NCBI GenBank assembly: GCA_964016885.1
Contig: OZ024740.1
Span: 391,344,001-391,408,000, forward strand
Direction of reading: 5' to 3'
DNA length: 64,000 nucleotides
From: Eledone cirrhosa
Lineage: Eukaryota
The notes below the pieces were generated by a model. The model made no database searches and was not told where the DNA came from. It saw only the letters and a program-made list of their open reading frames with translations. Shown piece by piece: positions 54,801 through 64,000 of this stretch; the first letter of the stretch is position 1, and each line of letters opens with the position of its first letter. Position numbers and translations under genes: made by a program.

Positions 54801-57800
54801 GTATACTGTTGAGTGGCAGAAAAGAGGGTTGGCACAGGCGCACATTTTGGTTTGGTTGGTCACCAAAATAGACCCTACAGTTATAGATGACGTCATCGCA
54901 GCGGTAATAACGGACCCCGTTGTTGACCGGCAGCTGTACGACATTGTGAAGGCATACATGGTGCACGGTCCGTGCGGTCCCGGTTTTCAAGAGTTCTCTT
55001 CATGCCACAAGGACCATGTGTGCACTAAACGATACCCAAAGAGGTTTGTTGAGGAGTCCCAGACCGGTGGCGACGGATACCCACTGTACAGACGAAGGCG
55101 GCCTGAGAACGGTGGATTCACTATGACGTTACGGGGTCATCAAGTTGATAATAGGTGGGTGGTCCCGTACTGTCCATTTCTGATGAAAACTTTCAACGCT
55201 CATATAAATGTGGAGTTCTGTCATTCAGTGAAGTCGATAAAGTACATATGTAAATATGTTAACAAGGGTTCCGACGCTGCCATGTTCGGCCTTCAAAACG
55301 ACAATAGCAGGGACGAGGTCTCGGAGTACTTGGCAGGTCGATATATCAGCAGTGGTGAAGCTTTTTGGCGGATATTCGGGTTTCCACTTCACCAAAGGCA
55401 CCCCGCCATCATACAAGTAGCGGTTCATTTGGAAAACGGCCAGCGGGCTTACTTTACTGAACAGACTGCTGCTCATTTGGCGGCCAATCCAAAAGAAACA
55501 ACTTTGACTGGTTTTTTTACGCTTTGCCAACTTGACACATTTGCTAAAACACTTTCATATCCTCAGGTCCCGTCCTACTACGTGTGGTCAACACTTGGGT
55601 GCGTAGAAAGTCAGGTCAGGGTGTTGAAGGACATCCTGGTGTCAAGTTTAACAGTTGTCTAGGAAGAGTGTACACTGTACCTCCCAACCAGCATGAGTGT
55701 TTTCACCTGCGCCTTCTCCTCCATGAGGTTTTTGGCCCACAAAGCTTTCGAGAAATAAGAACTGTTGACGGTGAATTATGTGATACTTTCCAGGAAGCCT
55801 GCTTTAAGCGTGGCCTTTTGGAGGATGATTCACAATGGGGCGCCACTATGGCAGAGGGCGTTTTGTTGAAATCTCCTAAAAGACTAAGATCGCTTTTCGC
55901 TATTCTACTCCTATGGTGCGACTTGGGTGATCCGGCCTCTTTATGGCTTAGCTACAAAGATTACATGTCTGAAGATTTCCTGCGTCATGCTCAGTTGCTA
56001 AACCCATCGATGGAGGTCGGGTACAGTGACCTCATTTACAACAGGGCGCTGCTTGAAATCGAAGATACTGTTCTCGATATGGGCGGTAGTGCGTTGGCTG
56101 TGTATGGCTTACCTTCAACAAACCGGGAAGGCGCAAACACTCTGTCTTCGGATTTGCTGTGTCAGACATCTTATAATGTTGACGAGCTTGCCCAGTACAT
56201 AGCGAAGAATGAGCCAAAGCTCCTTCCAGAACAGAAATTCGCTTACAACTCCGTTGTTAATTCTGTCCGGGGCAAAGCTGGGGGGATTTTTTTTCTGGAC
56301 GCTCCTGGGGAGACTGGGAAAACTTTTGTCACCAAATTAATATTAGCTGAGATTAGGCGAACAGAAGGCATTGCCTTAGCTGTGACATCATCTGGAATTG
56401 CGGCTACTTTGTTGCCGGGCGGCAGGACAGCTCACTCCTATTTCAAGCTCCCGCTTGACTTAGCGAAGACTGAGACACCCACTTGCAACATCAGTAAGAG
56501 CTCCGATCAGGCAGAAGTGTTCAGACGATGCAAGCTTATCGTTTGGGACGAATGTACGATGGCCCACAGAGGTGCTCTTGAGGCGCTAGATAGAACTCTG
56601 AGAGACATCAAAGACTCTACGGCTCCAATGGGAGGCATAACACTTCTTCTTTCAGGGGACTTCAGGCAAACGCTTCCCGTTATTCCCAAGGGGACTAGAG
56701 CTGATGCAGTACGTGCGTGTCTTAAGTCATCCGCATTGTGGCCCCTGGTGAAGACTCTGAAACTTCACACTAACATGAGTGCTCATATGCGAGGTGATAT
56801 CACATCAGCAGCATTTTCTCACACCCTCCTTGCACTTGGCGAAGGCAAAACGCCCGGGGATGAAAAGGGTAATATTGCCATTGACTCACTTTGTACCGTT
56901 GTTAGTACGCCTTCTGATCTCAGGGATGCAGTGTTCCCAGATCTCCAAGCAAATTATCAGAATATGGATTGGCTTGCCCAAAGGGCTATTCTGGCCCCGA
57001 GGAATAAAACTGTTAACCATATTAATGATCAAATGCTAAAACGCATTCCTGGGGATGGCTACGTATATAAGTCTATCGATAGAACTCCTGACCCCGAGGA
57101 CGTCATCAACTATCCAATAGAGGTACTAAATTCCTTTGAGCCCTCCGGATTACCCCCACACATTTTAAAACTTAAAGTTGGTGCCCCTATAATGCTCATT
57201 TGAAATTTGGTTCCGCCGAAACAATGCAATGGCACACGTTTGGTCGTTAAGTCCTTAGCTCCCAATCTGATTGAGGCCACGATAATCACAGGGTGCGGTC
57301 GGGGCAAGGTTGTACTCATACCGAGGATGCATCTTTTCCCATCAGGAGCAGACCTACCTTTCACATTTCGGAGGTCCCAGTTCCCGGTCAGGCCATGCTT
57401 CGCAATGTCTATTAACAACACGCAGGGACAAACACTGTCTGTCGCGGGAATACATTTGGGGGAGCCGTGTTTCTCTCATGGTCAGCTTTACGTTGGCTGC
57501 TCGCGTGTCGGCAGCAAGAATGATGATTTCGCGTTCGTTCCACAAGGAGAAACAAAAATCATTGTGTACAAGGAGGTTTTATAGGATTACCTGGATTCCT
57601 AATTTTATAACTTTTTTATTTTTTGCCTTTTCGTGAGTACTTTCTAAGTAGGTTAACCTTCACTGCAGTGCACTGGACACTCCCCACCATCTGCCGTACA
57701 AAGGCTGATTCTCGTGGCGTTACAAAGCTTCATTGCAACTCCGACTCTACTCAAATATCAGCTGTTGCTCCTCACCAACCCCCGTTTGGTGGGCCTCGGA

Positions 57801-58395
57801 CGACCGTGGACAGGTTAGTATTTCACCTCCGTACGACTCTCAAAGGGTCAACAATGCTTTAATGACGGGATTTAAATTTTTAGGTGGTTCCCTGCAATTA
57901 CTTCACACTTCACCAACACCTGGCCTCCGCTCAGCTCTATTTCCCTCCCTCCGTCGGCACAGCAGCAGGCTCATCTTCTACGTCCGACGTACATGATGCA
58001 CCAACCATACAATGACCCCTCTTCCTCTTTTTTGGTTGTCATAATTCGACAATGTTTTCAGGCCCCTGTTTGCGGTTCACTCAATCCACCCCTCCCCCGT
58101 TAAAACATGTCATGCAGAACAACTCCATCGCAGCTCTGTTGTTCGGCTGGCATCGTCTACGCGCGTGTTGCGCAAGTACTGTGAAACAATAAATTTTAAC
58201 ACTTCTTTGCACAGAGATAATATCCATAGGTGAAACTACAATTGTCACTGCTGGTGCAGCTCCTGCTTCGGCAGTCCAGGTCTGCAATTCATTCACCCAG
58301 TGCCTGGCAGACAAAAAAGTGCTGCCATAAAATGGGTGGTGCAACCTAACTTTGGTAACTTACTGACCCCGAGCAACGCCGGGCTTTAATGCTAG
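51852..58395 (+). mobile_element. Full-length Helitron (inactivated)
   Basis: A|TCTATAAAAGG 5' end; 3' hairpin cccgagcaacgccggg then CTAG|T; internal RepHel remnant. Confidence 0.93.
52781..57584 (+). pseudogene. Helitron Rep/PIF1-helicase (RepHel) pseudogene
   Basis: Zn-finger CKFC..CC, PDLFITFTCNP, VEWQKRGLAQAH (HUH degenerate), YICKYVNK, DAPGETGKT, IVWDE, GDFRQTLP, AMSINNTQGQT, HGQLYVGCSRV; several frameshifts and stops (e.g. 53427, 57201). Confidence 0.95.
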
Positions 58396-59610
58396 TATTC
58401 TTATATTTCTTTCTATTATATATGTCACTCTCTTTCTCACACACACCTTTTCTCTATCCTCCTTTAATTCAATATACTTTTAACTCATTCTTTTTCTTTC
58501 GTTACACTTGTTATCTTATTATATTTGGTATATTATAGAATAATGACTCCTAAGAAACGAACCATGAGTGAGAAACATTCTTGAATCTACTTAAAGAATA
58601 AAGTTAATTTGCTTTGTGTTTTCTTTACATTATATTTGCTTTTGCTATCGTATTTATTTCAAAGATGTAAATATGTTATACCTTTAGAAAGAAAACAAAA
58701 TGCCTAATAAATAATAATTATAACATTCTTACGTATGTCTAGAGGCTTATTCTTTCTATTTGACACAAATATTTGTCAGATGTTTATGCCTTAAAAGATA
58801 AATTTGACCAGATTGAATTTTCTTTACTGCATATTTAAAAGATTCGAGAATTAATGACTCGCTCGGATGGAAAAGAATTTAAATTTTACTCCTCAACGCT
58901 CTTCATGAAGTTGTTCTCTTCGTTTTATGCTGTGCATTAACACATTTTCGTTGTCTGTTTTTAGCACAGAAGTTTCAAGAACGTGAAGGAACTTGAAATG
59001 AAATTGGAAGGAATGATAGAAATTTGAATATTTTTCAGAAAAAAATCAATTAGGGTTGCAAGTTAATACTTTTAATGAACAAATATTTAGTATAGGGTTG
59101 TTTATACGATATATTCTTTATAATAGTCTCGCGGACGTAATAAGGAATTAAGTATAATTGCATTAAATTGCGAAACATTTTCAGTGAGTGAAGTTGCAAA
59201 AACAAGAGTTTGTCAAAGTTCAAATAACAGATATTCAACAAATGATTTCTTTTTTGTTTGTTTTTCTTTGCTTTCAAAGACGGTTGATGATGTGGCAGGT
59301 ATAGTGCAGCAGAGTGGAGGTCTTTCAATAGAGTTGAAGGATGTTACGGTTAACTACGCTGCAGAAAAAATGAACCATTTGGTGGTCTTACAGTTGGGGT
59401 AACAGCGACAAAGGCACAAAAACCTGAGAAATTGTGAGTAGGGGATAGTGCGTTTGGTTTGAGTGGAATAAAAGAGTGGAGAATCGAGTTAAGAGTGGGA
59501 GTTGGTAGGTTTCTAACAGACGTTTGAGATAGTGAATAGAAACGATCTCTATTGATAGTTTGTTGGAGATAGTAGATGTGGTAGAACTGAATTTTCATGC
59601 AGTTGGAAAG

Positions 59611-60660
59611 TTCTTCTTCTTCTTCTTCTTCTTCTTCTTCTTCTTCTTCTTCTTCTTCTTCTCCCACCTATTTCTTGGAAGGTAGTGTGGGCAGAGATCT
59701 CGAGCACGCCTTCCAGCAGGTCTTACCAGAAGCAACCGTATCCAATTGACCTGGATGGATCTCCAAGCGAGACCAGCCGAGCTCATGGATATTGTCCAAC
59801 CATCTTGCTCGGGGTCTACCCCTGGGTCTCAAGCCAGTTGAATTTACCCGTAAAATCTGTCAAGTGATTCTTTCCTGAGACATTCTAACCATGTGTCCGT
59901 AATATTGGAGCTGTGATCTCTCAATTCGGAGAAGTAGTGTCTACACCTAAGCGACTTTCTGATCTCTGAGCTACGCATTCTATCGAGTAAAGCTACTCAA
60001 GGACCATTAGAAGGAAGCCCATTTCAGCTGCTTGTATTCGCGATTGTATTTTTTCGATCATTACCCAAGGGTTGACACGAATACCTAATTGAAGATAGTG
60101 AGTTTGGCTTTTACACCAACCTCCCTTCTTCTGATGGCCGAATGCTGAAGTTGTTGCATTACTGCACCAGCTCCTGCAATTCTTGCACTTAATTAGTCTT
60201 CTGCTTTTCATTACTCGTGAACACAGCCCCGATTAACTTGACCCTTTCTACCTGCTACAGTGGAACTCTACTCACATGTAGAGTATATTGCGCATGCTTC
60301 CTTGAAAGAACGAGTACCTCAGACGTCGCAGAACTTATTTTCGTTCCTGCAGTACAGCATTCGGCAGCAAGCTTATCGAGTGCATGTCGGAAATCTGATG
60401 AGTTATGTAGTACCCTGATGTTCGCAAATTCCAGCCGACTGATCCTACACCCGCCTGACTCAATACTACTTCCAACCCGGCTACGCATGTCAATCCTGTC
60501 CATGAAGATTATGAACAGAAGAATTGACAGTACGCACTTATGGTGGTGTCCGACTCCCACATTGAATGGTTTCGACTAACACCACTTATCGGAACACAAA
60601 TACTATGGCATGCTATAGACATTAGGGCACCAAGAAGCTGTCTATCAATTTCACGATTGA
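59611..60660 (-). mobile_element. RTE-clade LINE 3' fragment with (GAA)n tail
   Basis: CVLSILLFIIFMDRI, RLEFAN (FADD-like), RIQAAEMGFL; homologous to 37750-38345. Confidence 0.88.
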
Positions 60661-61206
60661 AATAGAGGAGATGAAGTGTTCATGTCTAAGGAATGTGACG
60701 CTGATACATTTGTCAGTCTAACGTTAGCTTAGCTCTAACTTGGATCCGAGGGAATGCGTGAATATATGTCCATCAATATAACCAACAAACATATCGGTAT
60801 CCATGGCCCTTCTAGTATACTGCTGGCAGAGAAACATCTGTGTGTAACAATGCGTTCGCTGATGCACGAATGTATGCGAATGTGTGCATGAATGTATGCG
60901 ATGGTTGAGGAAGAATTTGAACATTAGAAGTTAGTAGAGTTGACTATAGAGTATGTTGTACTCAGTGAAACAGAAACAATTATTATGTTTATATTTTCTC
61001 TTGGATATTTCATAATTCCTGCTTGATTATTGACTTTGTATTTAAGGATATACCATCGAAGAACAATATGTATGATCTTAATAAATCAAAACCAGAACTA
61101 AATTTCGATTCCAAACTTAATCGGAATAAATTACTACGTCGTAATTCCTATTTGTGGACGGTGGTGGGGTGGGCAAACTAGAAGTTGTTTATTTTCTCCA
61201 ATAAAA

Positions 61207-61391
61207 ATAATTGTTTCTACTTTTGGCACAAGGCCAACAATAACCCAGTAATTACTGGTACTTTATTTTATCGACCCCGTAAGGATGAAAGGCAAAGTTA
61301 ACCTCGGAGGAATTTGAACTCAGAATGGAAAGGGCCGTAACTCTATGCGTCAAAGCATGGCCTCTGACCCTTTACCGATACTGCCAATCCA
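61207..61391 (-). mobile_element. SINE family B, full length
   Basis: Homologous to 30530-30717. Confidence 0.88.
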
Positions 61392-61542
61392 CACCGTATA
61401 TTAAGAATAGTCAAGTGAGTAAAATAATTCCCCTTCTAAGTACAAAAACATTCGAAGCCAATCATCTATAAACTAGTAGTGTATTTCTATATTACGATTT
61501 GAGCCTTTTAACAAGGAATGCTTTTCATTATTTTATTCTGAA

Positions 61543-61639
61543 TTGACTTTGCCTTTCATCCTTAAGGGGTCGATAAAATAAAGTACCAGTAATGCACTGT
61601 GTAATTGCTGGCCTTGTGCCTAAAGTAGAAACAATTATT
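61543..61639 (+). mobile_element. SINE family B, 3' fragment
   Basis: Family body and tail; ttattttattctgaatt occurs on both sides (possible TSD). Confidence 0.85.
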
Positions 61640-63523
61640 TTATTCTGAATTAAAATTTGGCCGATAACAGTTTAGTCTGTCATTGATTCAATAATTGATA
61701 AAATACATACTAAAAATTCTAACTCTAACAATATATTGGATAGCTGCCATCATCTATGATTTGGCTCATAGCTATAGCAAGAGGTGCCTTGGGGTTGAGC
61801 TATTTTGTTTTTACGTATTCTTACATCATTTATTGATTTCTTACATATTCATGACATTTAGAGATTTAGAAGAGATAGAATGATTAGTTCGAGTCACTTT
61901 TAAATCCTTTTCATCAAATCAAATTCCCAAATCAAACAATCGTTTCTCTAATCTGTAAAATTGCAAATTCATATCAGCCATTGGATTCTCATATAGATAT
62001 TTGGATGTATTTGTATAGGGATTGTTAAAAGCCATGCATTAAATATTTTTGTGAAATGGATTGGCTTCAATTGCAAATCGAAATTGTCTTTGTTATTTGA
62101 TTTGCAGTGAATCTTCTGCTACTATTTGTCTATCCCCATCATATATAACACAACATGTCGAGTAAATGAGGTGGCATCTTAACAACAAATTTACCTGCTA
62201 GAAATAGCAACCAGATTTCCCCAAAATATATATCTAGGGCAAGGTATAATCCTAGATATCCAAGAAGACAGTTTTCTCACGTATGGAATGTCTTTGATAA
62301 TGGTCTTTGATTAAGGTTGACCCGGGGTCTCATAAAAACTAATAATATTTCAAGCTCATAAATGTTCAAGAAGTAGTTATGCAATCGAGTGCCATCCATG
62401 CTTTGCTCAGTAATTTCACACATGGTAGTAAACGGCTTAAAGTGGGAATCAGCAATTGAAGTAATAATACAATACTGAACATTACTTAAATTGCCTTTGT
62501 CATTCCCTACTCATGCATATATGATTATTATTGGTTTTCATGTTGACGTAATGTTTTTTTTTTTTGTATATTACGCGTTTTTTCTTTCATCTTTTAAACA
62601 TTCTTCGTTTACTCTGGCAAGTCTTTTTCAATATGCACTGTAACAACATTTCATATTTCATGCATATATTATTATACACCCCCATAACTTGACATATTTC
62701 GGTGTTTCCTTTTATTTTCAATAATTTATAAAAAAAAATCTTCAAGCGCTCTTCTCCCTCCCTTTCTCTGTTTCTCTGTTCATGGTTACAAAAAAGAATT
62801 TTGATCGATGTTCTTTTAATGCCATGTGTGTTACCATAGTAACTGTTCTCTGCATGAGTTGGCATACTTAAAGGAAGAGAAGAAAGAGAAGTAAAACACG
62901 AAAACGATCAAAAGGTGACGAAAAAGTAAAAAGATACTACTGCTGTGCTGCTGGTGATGATGATGAGAAGGAGGTAAGAGGAAAAGGAGAAGGGAAGAGG
63001 CTATGTATGCTGTAGGTGCTGTAGGTGCTGTTGGTGCTGGGGATAGTTTTGATCTGTAGCAGTGAGAATTGATGATAATACAAGAGTGATGGTGGCGAAA
63101 TAAAACGTATCAATATTTTGGGTATTTGCTGCTCTTACTATTATATAAACATATATAGGTGCTCTTCTTTATTACGAGATTAGTCTTTGGTGAAATGGTG
63201 TCACGGCAGGTTTCACATTCCTAATTTCTACTTCGGCTCTAATTTTGAAATCTGTCTCATTATATTTATACTTATAAAATTGTTATTTTTAACTTTCCGT
63301 CAATCGTCATTGACTAATGTGTTACATAGATGACATTTCTTGCAGTAATTATTCTCTGAGAGCCAAATAAATGACGGTTTGCTAATATGTTTAGACGGTA
63401 GCCTTTTGGTTCATTGCAATATTACCATCGACTTTAGATATTTCAGTTTATGATTATCATTTCTTTAAGACTCCTATCTGTTAAGGGTAAAGGGTTTAGA
63501 TCGTTCTATCTTCTTTTCCTTGA

Positions 63524-63560
<37 letters not shown>

Positions 63561-63827
63561 TGATATATATATATATATATATATATATGCATGCTACTGT
63601 ACGTCTGTATACATATATGTATGTACGTATACATACATACTTACATTTAAGTAAGTGCCGTACTAAGAGTGAGAAATGAAATTTCGTTTTCATTTTATTA
63701 CAACTCATCGTTTTCGGTACGCCTGGCCGACATAACTCACTCGATATGCAAATTAGGCTGCTCAGCCGTTAATTTTCATAAGGAAAGTATATACTTTCGA
63801 ACGTTCAACTATCTGGCAGATGGGTAT

Positions 63828-63870
63828 ACGGTGCTGATGATAGCTAACAAGCTTGAAACTAGTACATCGT
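63828..63870 (+). ncRNA. Minimal type I hammerhead ribozyme
   Basis: acggtg-CTGATGA-t-agct aaca agct-t-GAAA-ctag-TA-catcgt. Confidence 0.85.
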
Positions 63871-64000
63871 TCCTGTGTCAGTGTTGAACAAAAAGGTGAC
63901 GTGGTTTCCTTAACACCGTGCGGCATAAATTCAGGCTGTTCAGTTTGTTTACAAACGAACAAAGCGGGCGCTATAATAAGCGTCCGCTAAACTGATGCGT

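Noticed and set aside
59279-59402. Possible host exon (TVDDVAGIVQQSGGLSIELKDV)
   Set aside because: No recognisable homology and no partner exons

Overview
AT-rich animal genomic DNA with no recognisable host gene. The (TA)n/(CA)n/(TC)n microsatellite density and the SINE types suggest an octopod cephalopod (inference). The window is mostly mobile-element DNA: a full-length but inactivated 6.5-kb Helitron (51852-58395) and a 775-bp non-autonomous partner (8008-8782); several 5'-truncated Penelope-like elements (PLEs; GIY-YIG and RT remnants, two of Naiad type); RTE, CR1-like and Tx1/L1 LINE fragments; and two tRNA-derived SINE families. The main unannotated signal is about 20 type I hammerhead ribozyme (HHR) motifs from at least 10 unrelated sequence families. 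They lie in short, often fold-back PLE 3'-end pieces inserted in (TA)n tracts. One family has a compensatory U3-A8 core (UUGANAA). Many families share a layout: HHR, often an immediate AATAAA, then a GAG-NN-CTC-like 8-mer about 30-60 nt before the 3' terminus. All folds and alignments were done by eye, and element boundaries are approximate.
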